Source: Flavobacteriaceae bacterium (GTDB taxonomy: Bacteria > Bacteroidota > Bacteroidia > Flavobacteriales > Flavobacteriaceae). From it: DNA of 64,000 nucleotides. Every line of letters begins with the position of its first letter. The stretch's first letter is position 1. The notes under the pieces were generated by a model that saw only the letters and a list, made by a program, of their open reading frames with translations, did not search any database and was not told the DNA's origin. Location: the NCBI GenBank assembly GCA_964228785.1, contig CAXRAW010000052.1, positions 11,141 through 75,140 of the forward strand, given 5' to 3'. The position numbers and the translations under genes are program-made. Positions 19,931-30,404 of this stretch are shown piece after piece.

Positions 19931-20356
19931 GTGTGATATATTTATTAGTTTTTAATCAACGCAAATGTTAGTGTTTTTTCCGATATATACAAATGTTCTC
20001 TAAATTAATCTCTTATGATCCAAAATTTGGTTCTGAAACAAATACCATAAAAAAATTAGATTGAGAGTGATTTGTTGATCAAGTTTCCACACAGGATATA
20101 ATGTATAATGCTCAAGAAATGGAAAATTTTTACAGGTATTTAAAGACGAAAGATCGAATTGAACTCTGTAAAACTTTAATTTACCAAAGAAATAATGGTA
20201 GAACCTAATATTTCAACTCAGAACACAAACTTTGGCAACCCCTTTCTAGGTTACCTACACTAAATTTTATTGAACCTTTTCATACGAACACCTTTAACCA
20301 ATATTTAACAAGATAGAAATTCCTAATATTTTACATTTGTATTTACTCTTAAAGAT

Positions 20357-21355
20357 ATGCTAAATATGGAAATAGATGTTAGAGCTGTAAATGAAAAAAT
20401 TGAACGCGAGAGCGCTTTTATAGATTTACTGACAACAGAAATGAACAAGGTAATCATAGGTCAGAGACAAATGATTGAGCGTTTGCTAATTGGTTTATTA
20501 GGTAATGGTCATATCCTTCTAGAAGGTGTTCCCGGATTGGCAAAAACCTTAGCGATTAATACCCTTTCCAAAGCCGTTCAAGGTTCTTTCAGTAGAATCC
20601 AATTTACCCCTGACTTGTTACCCGCAGATGTTGTAGGAACAATGATTTATAATGTGAAAAAAAATGATTTTTCCATTAAAAAAGGGCCTATTTTTGCAAA
20701 TTTTGTGTTGGCAGACGAGATTAACCGTGCACCTGCCAAAGTACAATCTGCATTATTAGAAGCTATGCAGGAGCGTCAGGTGACCATTGGAGATGAAACC
20801 TTCAAATTGCAAGAGCCCTTTCTTGTCATGGCTACACAGAATCCTGTAGAGCAAGAGGGAACCTACCCATTACCTGAAGCACAAGTAGATCGTTTTATGC
20901 TTAAAACCGTAATTGGTTATCCAAGGCTGGAAGACGAGCAAACTATTATGCGTCAGAATTTGAACGGTAGATTTGGTACGGTAAATCCAGTAGTGTCTGT
21001 TGATCAAATTATAAAAGCCAGAGAAGTGATTAACGAGGTATATATGGATGAAAAAATTGAAAAATATATCTTAGATATTATTTTCGCCACTCGTTATCCA
21101 GACCGATATCACCTGTCAAACTTAACCCCTTTGATTAGTTTTGGAGCTTCACCTAGAGGTAGTATCAACTTAGCAAAAGCTGCAAAATGTTTTGCTTTTA
21201 TCAAACGAAGAGGATATGTGATTCCTGAAGATGTAAGAGCTGTAGTTTATGATGTACTTCGACATAGAATTGGAATTACCTATGAGGCAGAAGCTGAAAA
21301 TATTTTATCAACAGATATTATCAATTCTATCATTAATGAAATAGAAGTACCCTAA
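20357..21355 (+). CDS. moxR: MoxR family AAA+ ATPase
   Basis: GVPGLAKT, RIQFTPDLLPAD, DEINRAPAKVQSALLEAM, ATQNP. Confidence 0.95.
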   Translation: MLNMEIDVRAVNEKIERESAFIDLLTTEMNKVIIGQRQMIERLLIGLLGNGHILLEGVPGLAKTLAINTLSKAVQGSFSRIQFTPDLLPADVVGTMIYNVKKNDFSIKKGPIFANFVLADEINRAPAKVQSALLEAMQERQVTIGDETFKLQEPFLVMATQNPVEQEGTYPLPEAQVDRFMLKTVIGYPRLEDEQTIMRQNLNGRFGTVNPVVSVDQIIKAREVINEVYMDEKIEKYILDIIFATRYPDRYHLSNLTPLISFGASPRGSINLAKAAKCFAFIKRRGYVIPEDVRAVVYDVLRHRIGITYEAEAENILSTDIINSIINEIEVP

Positions 21356-21411
21356 AAATCTCACATATTACAACAGAAAAAGAATGTTTAATTATACAGT
21401 TTATATTTGCT

Positions 21412-21741
21412 ATGAAATACAAGACAACAAGATATAAAACCCTAATGGGGGTGATAGAGGTTTTAGAATTTGTTGACAACGATTATGGACAATGGATCGT
21501 TTATCAAGACAAGAAACCAAAATTTCACATCAATTGCTTCGATTTCAGTTCAGAATCCAATCAGTTGTTAAATAACTGGGTCTTATCCAAACAGAGATCT
21601 ATTGACCAAGTATTAAATATCATTAATAGAAGAAATAATATAAATTTAACTTTAAAAAAGACTCCTCTATTTGTATTAAAGGCCGAATCCGAAACTACAG
21701 AAATTAGTTTAAAACCGTTGCCGTTGGAGTGGTTAAATTAG
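21412..21741 (+). CDS. Hypothetical protein inside the bat operon
   Basis: 109-aa ORF ending 3 nt before the DUF58 start; no motif recognised. Confidence 0.6.
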   Translation: MKYKTTRYKTLMGVIEVLEFVDNDYGQWIVYQDKKPKFHINCFDFSSESNQLLNNWVLSKQRSIDQVLNIINRRNNINLTLKKTPLFVLKAESETTEISLKPLPLEWLN

Positions 21742-21744
21742 CGA

Positions 21745-22614
21745 ATGAACACAAAAGAGATCCTCAAAAAAGTTCGAAAAATAGAGATCAAGACTCGCAG
21801 ATTGTCAGATCACATTTTTGGAGGTGAGTACCACTCTACTTTTAAGGGAAGAGGAATGACTTTTTCTGAAGTTCGTCAATATCAATTTGGAGACGATGTC
21901 AGAGCAATTGACTGGAATGTCACTGCTCGTTATAATGAACCTTATATAAAAGTATTTGAAGAAGAGCGTGAACTTACGATGATGCTCATGGTTGACGTCT
22001 CTGGATCTGAACTCTTTGGCACTTCTGAGCAGTTTAAAAAAGATACTATAACCGAAATTGCTGCAACTCTTGCCTTTTCTGCTATACAAAATAATGATAA
22101 GGTTGGGTTAATCTTATTTACTGATGAAATAGAATTGTTCATTCCACCAAAAAAAGGAAAGAGTCATGTGCTGAGGATTATCAGAGACCTTATAGAATTT
22201 ATGCCAAAAAGTCGAAAAACAGATATTGCGCTGGCCTTTAAATTTCTGAGTAATGTCATGAAAAAAAAGGCCATCATCTTTATGCTTTCTGATTTTATGA
22301 CCGAGGGTTACGAGAATACCCTCAAAATTATAGGTAACAAGCACGATATTACAGGAATTAGGGTTTATGATAAACATGATGAAGAAATCCCAAACCTAGG
22401 AATGGTGCCCATGCTTGATGCTGAAAGACATCAAGTACAACTGATCAATACTTCATCTAAACGTGTCAGAAAAAATTATAAAGCCAATGCGCTTCGACTG
22501 GCAGATTACTATCATTCTTCCTTTAAAAAAAGTGGTGCTGGGACTATAGACACAAGAGTTGATGAAAGCTACGTGAAAAAATTATTAGGCTATTTCAAAC
22601 ACAAGTGCAATTGA
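21745..22614 (+). CDS. DUF58 family (VWA-like) protein
   Basis: FSEVRQYQFGDDVRAIDWNVTAR, EEERE, DVSGS, SDF. Confidence 0.93.
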   Translation: MNTKEILKKVRKIEIKTRRLSDHIFGGEYHSTFKGRGMTFSEVRQYQFGDDVRAIDWNVTARYNEPYIKVFEEERELTMMLMVDVSGSELFGTSEQFKKDTITEIAATLAFSAIQNNDKVGLILFTDEIELFIPPKKGKSHVLRIIRDLIEFMPKSRKTDIALAFKFLSNVMKKKAIIFMLSDFMTEGYENTLKIIGNKHDITGIRVYDKHDEEIPNLGMVPMLDAERHQVQLINTSSKRVRKNYKANALRLADYYHSSFKKSGAGTIDTRVDESYVKKLLGYFKHKCN

Positions 22615-22621
22615 TGCATAA

Positions 22622-24301
22622 ATGAATTTGATGACTTTCTTTCAAAATATAAACATCCCAATCCACATAAACCTAAAACAGGGCTTCAAATACCTTGTTT
22701 TATTATCTTCTTTATATCTATTTCCTTTTACGATTTTTGCTCAAAAGGTAAGTGTTGAAGCAGACACTACCAACATTCGAATTGGTGAACAGTTCGAATA
22801 TCAAATTACTGTAGGAGATACGGCTAACGTTACAATCCCTAAACTAGAAAACACCACTGGATTGGAGATTGTAGAAGACCTCCCCTTGGATACCATCAAA
22901 AATAATTTACTTAAAAAATACATTCTCACTGGGTTTGATAGTGGTGCTTTCTACATTCCCTCTCAACAGGTTTTTATACGAAATAGAGCATACATAACAG
23001 ATTCTATTCTGATCAACGTTGCAACTGTTGCTGTAGATACCTTAAAACAAAAAATGTTCCCTATCAAATCAATCCAAAGTGAGCCTTGGGTATTTGACGA
23101 TTTTAAGCCTTATTTGATTTGGGTTGTTCTTGGTATCCTTCTCATTGCAGCACTTATTATATACCTAAGAACACGCAAGAAAAAAGAGTCCTTAGAAAAG
23201 GTAGTTATTCCAACAATTCCTGCCTTTGAAGAGGCAATTGCTAAGTTAAAAGAACTCGATGAAAAACTTCTTTGGCAGAATAATAGAGTTAAGGAATATT
23301 ACACTGAGCTCACTGAAATCCTGCAAAACTATCTAGGTAAAGACGTAGAGATCCCCACTCAAGAATTAACTTCTTCAGAAATCATTGAATTGGTAAAAAC
23401 CCAGAATAAAACTAGACATTTAGGAATCGAACAAAACACTCTTAAAAATTTACACTTAGTCCTTAAAAACGCTGATTTGGTAAAATTTGCCAAATCAAAG
23501 CCCTTATCTCATGAAATAGAAGTAGACCGAAAACTGACGGAAAATATCATCAGCAGTATTCAACCAAAAATAAAAGCGTACAAAACAATCATTGCCAAAG
23601 AACAAGAAATACTAACCAATCAGGAAGAGACAGTAACACCTCAAAAAACTTCATCAGAGACTCTGAAACCATCGGTATTGAGAAAAGTTGATCGCAAGAA
23701 AACCGTCGGAATTATCATTGCTATTACTACGATTATCTTGGCTGTAAATTTTGTGCCAAAGATGATCAACCATTTGATTCCACTTAGCTCTGAGGGTCTT
23801 CTCAAAAAAGCATGGGTAACGAAAACTTATGGAGTTGCTCCTTCAATAACTATTTCTACACCTGTTGAACTCACCAAACAACCCGATCTCGACATCCCAG
23901 ACAACATCAAAAATTTGATTATTTCGTCAAGCAATTATGGTTATTCAAACAGGAGAGCTTCACTAGAGATTGCCTTAACTACCAATAGTTTTGACTCATC
24001 AGTTCAAACAAGTCTAGATAATGCTGTTAGTGGTGCACAACGCGAGCTATCTAAAGATGTAGGTGTTACTGATCTCACCTCCCAAATTGAAGTCATTGAC
24101 ATTGATGGGGTCAGTGGGAAAAAAGTGACAGGGACACTCAAAAAGAAAGGTACACCTTTGGTGTATACTTCTATTTTTTTACTCGATAAAAATAAATTAG
24201 GGGTAATCATGTTGACTTCTTTAAAAGGTGATATTGCTGCTCAAAATATTGTAGAAAAAATTGTAAACTCTATAAAAATTGATTCGGCTTATGTGGAGTA
24301 A
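22622..24301 (+). CDS. Bat-operon membrane protein (BatD-like N-terminus)
   Basis: IRIGEQ, FDSG, YYTELTEI, ADLVKFAK; position between DUF58 and batA; true start uncertain. Confidence 0.8.
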   Translation: MNLMTFFQNINIPIHINLKQGFKYLVLLSSLYLFPFTIFAQKVSVEADTTNIRIGEQFEYQITVGDTANVTIPKLENTTGLEIVEDLPLDTIKNNLLKKYILTGFDSGAFYIPSQQVFIRNRAYITDSILINVATVAVDTLKQKMFPIKSIQSEPWVFDDFKPYLIWVVLGILLIAALIIYLRTRKKKESLEKVVIPTIPAFEEAIAKLKELDEKLLWQNNRVKEYYTELTEILQNYLGKDVEIPTQELTSSEIIELVKTQNKTRHLGIEQNTLKNLHLVLKNADLVKFAKSKPLSHEIEVDRKLTENIISSIQPKIKAYKTIIAKEQEILTNQEETVTPQKTSSETLKPSVLRKVDRKKTVGIIIAITTIILAVNFVPKMINHLIPLSSEGLLKKAWVTKTYGVAPSITISTPVELTKQPDLDIPDNIKNLIISSSNYGYSNRRASLEIALTTNSFDSSVQTSLDNAVSGAQRELSKDVGVTDLTSQIEVIDIDGVSGKKVTGTLKKKGTPLVYTSIFLLDKNKLGVIMLTSLKGDIAAQNIVEKIVNSIKIDSAYVE

Positions 24302-25295
24302 CTTTGAGTTTCAACATCCAGCTTTTTTGTGGTTACTGTCAGTCATCCCTTTTTTAGCGGTATGGTACTTTTCTACCCACAAGAGAAATACTGCGGTGCT
24401 TACTATTTCCAATACGGAGGGATTTAACCCAAGTGCTGATTTTCTGCCAAAATTAAAACCTTTTCTATATTTACTAAGGCTTCTAGCACTAAGTTTTCTG
24501 TTTGTAGCACTGGCACGTCCTCAAAATGTTGCAGTAACAACTAAAATAAAAGCCAACAAGGGAATCGATATTGTCATGGCTATTGATGTCTCTGCAAGCA
24601 TGTTAGCAAAAGACTTAAAACCAAGCAGGCTTGAAGCCCTAAAAAAAGTGGCTACTAAATTTGTGAATAGAAGACCTAACGATAGAATTGGTATTGTAGT
24701 TTATGCTGGTGAAAGTTTTACACAAACACCTATTACGAGCGATAAAGGCATTGTAAAAAGAACCATTTCTGAAATTAAATGGGGACAGATAGATGGTGGA
24801 ACAGCCATTGGAATGGGGCTAGGCTCTGGTGTCAATCGTCTTAAAAATAGCAAAGCGAAAAGCAAAGTCATTATTCTCTTGACCGATGGGGTAAATAATA
24901 CAGGGAATATTGATCCGAAAACCGCTACAGAACTATCCAAAGAGTTAAATATTAAAGTCTATACTATTGGAATTGGAACCAATGGAACGGCAGAGTTTCC
25001 GTATGCGAAAAATCCGAGAACAGGAGAATTACTCTTTAGAAGGCAACAAGTAGAAATTGACGAAGACCTATTAAAGTTCATTGCATCTGAAACAGGAGGG
25101 CGATATTTTAGAGCTACCAACAATAGTAAACTACAAGAGATTTATGATGAAATTGATCAACTAGAGAAAACAAAAGTAGAAGAGCTAAAGTACACCTCAT
25201 TTGATGAGAAATATCGAATATTTGTCTTCATCGCAGGCGGATTACTATTACTAGAATTTCTGATAAGTAATACCTTGTTCAGAAGTTTTATTTAA
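24291..25295 (+). CDS. batA: BatA VWA-domain protein
   Basis: ALARPQ, DVSASM MIDAS, DGGTAIG, LLTDGVNN. Confidence 0.92.
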   Translation: MWSNFEFQHPAFLWLLSVIPFLAVWYFSTHKRNTAVLTISNTEGFNPSADFLPKLKPFLYLLRLLALSFLFVALARPQNVAVTTKIKANKGIDIVMAIDVSASMLAKDLKPSRLEALKKVATKFVNRRPNDRIGIVVYAGESFTQTPITSDKGIVKRTISEIKWGQIDGGTAIGMGLGSGVNRLKNSKAKSKVIILLTDGVNNTGNIDPKTATELSKELNIKVYTIGIGTNGTAEFPYAKNPRTGELLFRRQQVEIDEDLLKFIASETGGRYFRATNNSKLQEIYDEIDQLEKTKVEELKYTSFDEKYRIFVFIAGGLLLLEFLISNTLFRSFI

Positions 25296-25527
25296 CAATA
25301 GGTGAATGCTGATGCTAGAATGTACACTTTATAAGAATGGCTTTTACAACCAAAAACAGAGGTCTAAGATCAAAAGCTCAACAAAAGCAAGTGATTGGAT
25401 GCCTAAAGATTAAAAATAAATCTAAACAGATGAATTATTTCAATTTGAAGACTAGAATTTTTAAAACTTCAAACACATTGAAAACGCTCAAGTTAACAGT
25501 TCAATGGAGAATTGATAAAAACATCCC

Positions 25528-26562
25528 ATGTATAAGATAGAAGAACCCATATATTTTTATTTATTTGGAATTATCCCAGTCATTGTGACTATTTTCCTTT
25601 TTATATGGTGGTGGAAAAAGAGAACACAACAGAAGTTCTCTAATATAACACTCCTGCGTAAACTGGCGCCAGACAGTTCCACTTTCAAATCAACATTAAA
25701 ACTCATCGTTTTTACCATAGGAATTTCATTCCTGATTCTATCGCTTGTCAACCCAAAAATAGGTGTCAAGTTAAAAACAGTAAAAAGAGAAGGTGTGGAT
25801 GTAGTGTTTGCGCTAGATGTTTCTAAAAGCATGTTAGCAGAAGACATTGCTCCTAATCGGTTAGAAAAATCAAAGCAAATCATCTCTAGAATAATTGACC
25901 AACTAGGAAGTGACCGTGTTGGAATCATTATTTATGCTGGCAACGCCTATCCACTTTTACCCATTACAACAGATCATGCAGCAGCTAAGATGTTTTTACA
26001 GAATGCCAATCCCGATTTGGTTTCAAGTCAAGGAACTGCTATGAACGAAGCATTGGATCTGGCAAAGACTTTTTATAATAATGACGAACAAACAAATCGT
26101 TTTTTAATCATTATTTCAGATGGTGAAGATCATCAAGAAGAAAGCAAGCAGACCATCAACATGACTGATGAAGGTATTAAGGTGTATACAATTGGTGTGG
26201 GGACAGAAACTGGCGGTCGAATTCCACTAAAGATTAACGGTTCTTTGATTGGCTACAAGAAAGATCGAAAAGGAGAGACTGTTATCACGCAAAGAAAGCC
26301 AGATGTTCTTCAAGAAATTGCTCAGTCATCAGAAGGAAGTTATATTGATGGAAACAAGACGGATCAACCTGTAAATACGATAGGAAATGCCATAAGAAAT
26401 GCTCAAAAAAGTGAATTTGAAACAAAGCAATTTTCAGATTATGAAGACCAATTTCAATGGTTTTTGGGAATTGGGATCCTATTTTTATTTTTAGATATTT
26501 TTTTACTAGACAAAAAAACAAAATGGTTAAGAAAAGTTGATCTATTCAATGAAGAAGATTGA
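25528..26562 (+). CDS. batB: BatB VWA-domain protein
   Basis: DVSKSMLAEDIAPNRL, LPITTD, SDGEDH. Confidence 0.92.
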   Translation: MYKIEEPIYFYLFGIIPVIVTIFLFIWWWKKRTQQKFSNITLLRKLAPDSSTFKSTLKLIVFTIGISFLILSLVNPKIGVKLKTVKREGVDVVFALDVSKSMLAEDIAPNRLEKSKQIISRIIDQLGSDRVGIIIYAGNAYPLLPITTDHAAAKMFLQNANPDLVSSQGTAMNEALDLAKTFYNNDEQTNRFLIIISDGEDHQEESKQTINMTDEGIKVYTIGVGTETGGRIPLKINGSLIGYKKDRKGETVITQRKPDVLQEIAQSSEGSYIDGNKTDQPVNTIGNAIRNAQKSEFETKQFSDYEDQFQWFLGIGILFLFLDIFLLDKKTKWLRKVDLFNEED

Positions 26563-26607
26563 TAGGATTGGTCAAATTATTATTAGATTCCATTAAAATT
26601 TGAACGT

Positions 26608-27378
26608 ATGAAGCGCAACATTATTACCTTTACACTTATCATGATTTCTGGCATTTTTTTTGCTCAGAAGGATTCTATTGCCTTACAAAGAGAGGCTAGA
26701 AAGTACGTGAGAGAAGGTAATGAACTCTACAAGAAAAAGAATTACTCAGAAGCTACAGTTTCCTACAAAAAAGCACTTGAAAAAAATAGTGCATACAAGA
26801 AGGCCAGCTACAACATGGGAAATGCTTTTTATCAAGATAAAAATTATAAAGAAGCCATCCCTCAATATGAGCTAACAGTAAAAACAGCAAAAGACAAAAC
26901 TGAAAAGGCAGAAGCTTTTCACAATATGGGAAATGCTCATATGGAAGGCAAAAACTATCAGGGGGCTGTAGATGCCTTTAAGAACGCATTGCGTAATAAC
27001 CCTAATGATGACGAGACTCGTTACAACCTTGCTGTTGCGCAAAAACTTCTAGATAAGGAAAAGCAACAAAATAAGAACAAGGAAAAAGATAAAAAGGATA
27101 AAGGAAAAGATGATCAAAAGAAGGATAAGAAAGAAGGTGAAGACAAAAAAGACCCCGAGAAAAAAAAGGATAAAAACGATCAAAATCAGAATAAAAATAG
27201 ATCAGATAAAAAAGACGAGGGGAAAAAGCAACAGCCTAAACCTCGTCAAGGTAAAATGACTCCTCAGCAAATTAAGCAACTGCTAGAAAATTTAAACAAC
27301 GAGGAAAAAAAGACACAAAAAAAATTAAATGCAAAAAAAGCAAAAGGCAGAAAAGTTAAGCAAGAAAAAGATTGGTAG
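26608..27378 (+). CDS. batC: BatC TPR protein
   Basis: TPR repeats, ALRNNPND..TRYNLA, K/D-rich linker, C-terminal EKDW. Confidence 0.92.
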   Translation: MKRNIITFTLIMISGIFFAQKDSIALQREARKYVREGNELYKKKNYSEATVSYKKALEKNSAYKKASYNMGNAFYQDKNYKEAIPQYELTVKTAKDKTEKAEAFHNMGNAHMEGKNYQGAVDAFKNALRNNPNDDETRYNLAVAQKLLDKEKQQNKNKEKDKKDKGKDDQKKDKKEGEDKKDPEKKKDKNDQNQNKNRSDKKDEGKKQQPKPRQGKMTPQQIKQLLENLNNEEKKTQKKLNAKKAKGRKVKQEKDW

Positions 27379-27410
27379 GCTTTATATTTGCAACTTTAAG
27401 AGTGAGATCC

Positions 27411-29177
27411 ATGAGGCAAACAGTACAATACATCACTATTTTACTTTTTACGTTAGTTAGCGCCTCTGTTTATTCCCAAAAAGCAGAACTCACCTCTAGC
27501 GTTAGTAAAAATAAACTAGGATTAAACCAACGTTTTCGCATTACTTTTACTGTAAATAAGCAAGGTGCCGATAACTTTATACGACCTAATTTCAAAGATT
27601 TTAAAGTTGTTAGCGGTCCTGTTCATTCTATCAGTCAATCGTGGAGAAATGGTCAGTCAAGCTTTTCACAATCCTACGCCTTTACTCTCGAACCTAGAAA
27701 GAAAGGTGAGTTTATCATCCCCTCAGCATCCATTCAACTAAATGGTAAAACACTAACATCACAACCCGTAAAAATCATTGTTTTAGACCCTGTTGAAATA
27801 CCAGAGGATCCTAATGACCCCAATTTTATTGCTCAGCAGAACGTTCATTTAGTTGCTGAAATTTCTAAATCAAATCCTTATGTTGGTGAAGGTGTTTATG
27901 TGGAGTACAAACTCTATGTGAGCGAGGATATCAGTGTAAGTGACTACTCGATAACTGAGCCTCCGCAATACAACGGTTTTTGGCATCAAGATATTCAAGT
28001 CAACGGATCACCTCCTCGAAGGGGTGCCTACAACGGAGAACAATACCGATATGTAGTTATTAGAAAAGCATTGCTCATCCCAACCAGGTCTGGAAAACTT
28101 ACTATTGAACCCATGGAAATGAATATTGTTGTTGGAGTTCCTACAGGTAGAGGTGATTTTTTTGGAAACCCAATCGTTAGAAATATTACTAAGAGTTTCT
28201 CATCTGCAAAAAAAAATCTGAATATAAAAGAACTCCCTTTAGATGGAAAACCATTGAACTATGGAGGGGCAGTAGGAACATTTGATTTTGAAGTTACTGC
28301 CAACAAAACCAGTTTAAAATCTAATGAATCGGCGAGAATTTCTGTAACCGTAAGCGGAAAAGGAAACTTGAAATTATTTGAATTACCTGAAATTAAAACA
28401 CCTTCCAAGCTTGAAGTATTCACCCCAGAACAAAAAGAAAAAGTATCTGTAACTCCATCAGGTATCAGAGGTTCTGTCTCTAAAAATTACGCGGTAGTAC
28501 CAGAATACAAGGGAAAATACAAAATCCCAAGTACTGAATTCTCCTATTTCGACCCGAAAAAAGAAAAATATATCAACGTATCTTCCGATGATATTTTTAT
28601 AGAAGTGCTGGGCGGGAGAGAAATAGTAACCAACTCCGAAAATTCTGTCATCAAAAGAGATGTTTTAAGTACTGGATCAAGTTTTAGATATATACAAACT
28701 AAATCTTCTTTTGTAACAGTTGAATCTACAGATTTTTTCAAATCGTCTTTATACTATCTTTTACTTTTTTTACCGATACTCCTCATACCTATAGCTATTG
28801 TCATTGCTAAAAGGAACAACGTAAGAAATAGCGATGTAGAAGGTAATAGACTCAGGAAGGCAGATCGGCTAGCAAAGAGATATCTCTCTGAAGCCAAAAA
28901 ACAACTCGGTAAAAAAGAGGCATTTTACGTGGCTTTAGAAAAGGCATTACACAATTACCTTAAGGCAAAATTACGCATCGAAACTTCAGATATCAGTAAG
29001 GAAAAAATTACAGCCCTGCTCACTAAAAAGCGTGTTGACAACCTTACTATCGATGCTTTTATCGACGTATTTAAAAGCTGTGATATGGCCCGTTACTCTC
29101 CAATAACAGATGGAGAAATGAACGAAGACTTTGAACAAGCAAAGCTGGTAATTTCTCAAATAGATAAGCAACTGTAG
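27411..29177 (+). CDS. batD: BatD
   Basis: GAVG, GKGNLKL, FSYFDP; start moved to ATG 27411, downstream of TATATTTG. Confidence 0.9.
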   Translation: MRQTVQYITILLFTLVSASVYSQKAELTSSVSKNKLGLNQRFRITFTVNKQGADNFIRPNFKDFKVVSGPVHSISQSWRNGQSSFSQSYAFTLEPRKKGEFIIPSASIQLNGKTLTSQPVKIIVLDPVEIPEDPNDPNFIAQQNVHLVAEISKSNPYVGEGVYVEYKLYVSEDISVSDYSITEPPQYNGFWHQDIQVNGSPPRRGAYNGEQYRYVVIRKALLIPTRSGKLTIEPMEMNIVVGVPTGRGDFFGNPIVRNITKSFSSAKKNLNIKELPLDGKPLNYGGAVGTFDFEVTANKTSLKSNESARISVTVSGKGNLKLFELPEIKTPSKLEVFTPEQKEKVSVTPSGIRGSVSKNYAVVPEYKGKYKIPSTEFSYFDPKKEKYINVSSDDIFIEVLGGREIVTNSENSVIKRDVLSTGSSFRYIQTKSSFVTVESTDFFKSSLYYLLLFLPILLIPIAIVIAKRNNVRNSDVEGNRLRKADRLAKRYLSEAKKQLGKKEAFYVALEKALHNYLKAKLRIETSDISKEKITALLTKKRVDNLTIDAFIDVFKSCDMARYSPITDGEMNEDFEQAKLVISQIDKQL

Positions 29178-29178
29178 C

Positions 29179-29976
29179 ATGCACATTACTGAAATACACA
29201 AAGATTTAAAGTCGGGTAGTAAAATCATATGTACTCTTCTACTGCTCATAAGTCAGGTTATAAGTTCACAATCTGCGCAGGAGTTATTTGAAAAAGGAAA
29301 CGAGCAATACAAACTTGAGCAATATGAAGATGCCATTCAGACTTACAATCAAATAGAACAGTTAAGCGTTACTTCTTCCTCCTTGTACTACAATTTAGGA
29401 AATTGCTACTATAAACTTAATAGAGTAGCCCCTTCTATCTACAATTACGAAAAAGCCCTGCTAATTGATCCATTAAATAAAGATGCGAAAAATAACCTTG
29501 TCTTTGCAAAAAGACTAGCTATAGACAATATTGAAGCTCTTCCAAAATCTGTTTTACAGAAAGTGGATGAAGCCGTTGTTAAAAAACTTTCTTACAACGG
29601 TTGGGCAATCACCTCTGTAGTACTATCTGTTGTAGGGTGTTCTCTCTTTATGCTGTTTTATTTTTCTTTCTCACCCAGAAACAAAAGACTTTTCTTTGTA
29701 ACGAGTATCATCTGTTTTATGCTGCTTGTCACAACATCTATATTGACTTTTAAGGAATATTCATTTGCACAAAACAACCTAGAAGCCATCGTTTTTGCAG
29801 TTGAGACCAAGGTAAAAAATGCGCCCTCACTGAATGGAGAAACCGTTTTTACATTGCATGAAGGGACAAAAGTAAAAGTCTTGGACACGATTGACAATTG
29901 GAAGAAGGTTAAAATTGATGATGGAAAAACAGGATGGATCACCTCTGGTGATTTAAAAATGTTACGTGTTTTTTAA
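29179..29976 (+). CDS. batE: BatE TPR/SH3 protein
   Basis: YYNLGNCYYK, LHEGTKV, GKTGW. Confidence 0.9.
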   Translation: MHITEIHKDLKSGSKIICTLLLLISQVISSQSAQELFEKGNEQYKLEQYEDAIQTYNQIEQLSVTSSSLYYNLGNCYYKLNRVAPSIYNYEKALLIDPLNKDAKNNLVFAKRLAIDNIEALPKSVLQKVDEAVVKKLSYNGWAITSVVLSVVGCSLFMLFYFSFSPRNKRLFFVTSIICFMLLVTTSILTFKEYSFAQNNLEAIVFAVETKVKNAPSLNGETVFTLHEGTKVKVLDTIDNWKKVKIDDGKTGWITSGDLKMLRVF

Positions 29977-30035
29977 GAAAATTTAACATTTCTCACTTCA
30001 TTGAGTTGTATATTTGCCTATCTAAAACTATTAGG

Positions 30036-30335
30036 TTGAAAACATTGATCACATGTTTCTTTTCACTACTACTGATGACATCAGTAACCACCCCCACCTA
30101 TTTTACCTTAATTGAAGGGACATGTGAAGTTGCTGCGTTAGCAGATCTGGGAGAAGAAGAAGAAAATAAAGGTCAGGAGACAGCAAAAGATATAGATGTA
30201 GAAATCTATTATTCGCACAGCAGTTTACTCCTTCACATTGTTTCAGAAAAAAATAAGGGAGTCAACTTTTACTCAAAGAATTACACCTCTTTTCTAAAAA
30301 AATTAGTCTCACCTCCGCCGGAATTAGTCTCATAA
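30036..30335 (+). CDS. Small hypothetical protein upstream of SulP, ending SPPPELVS
   Basis: Hydrophobic N-terminus, acidic EEEENK centre; TTG 30036 follows promoter motif TATATTTG at 30009. Confidence 0.65.
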   Translation: MKTLITCFFSLLLMTSVTTPTYFTLIEGTCEVAALADLGEEEENKGQETAKDIDVEIYYSHSSLLLHIVSEKNKGVNFYSKNYTSFLKKLVSPPPELVS

Positions 30336-30404
30336 CTTCCGTTCTCAAAAAAAATATAATAATCAGCTTAGCCTTTGATCTGAAGGTTAACAAACACATA
30401 TATC

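Noticed and set aside
23700-24301. Apparent C-terminal extension of the pre-batA protein
   Set aside because: From recollection this long form is usual in Flavobacteriaceae, so it is not treated as novel
27060-27240. Low-complexity A-rich repeats
   Set aside because: Normal K/D/Q-rich linker of BatC
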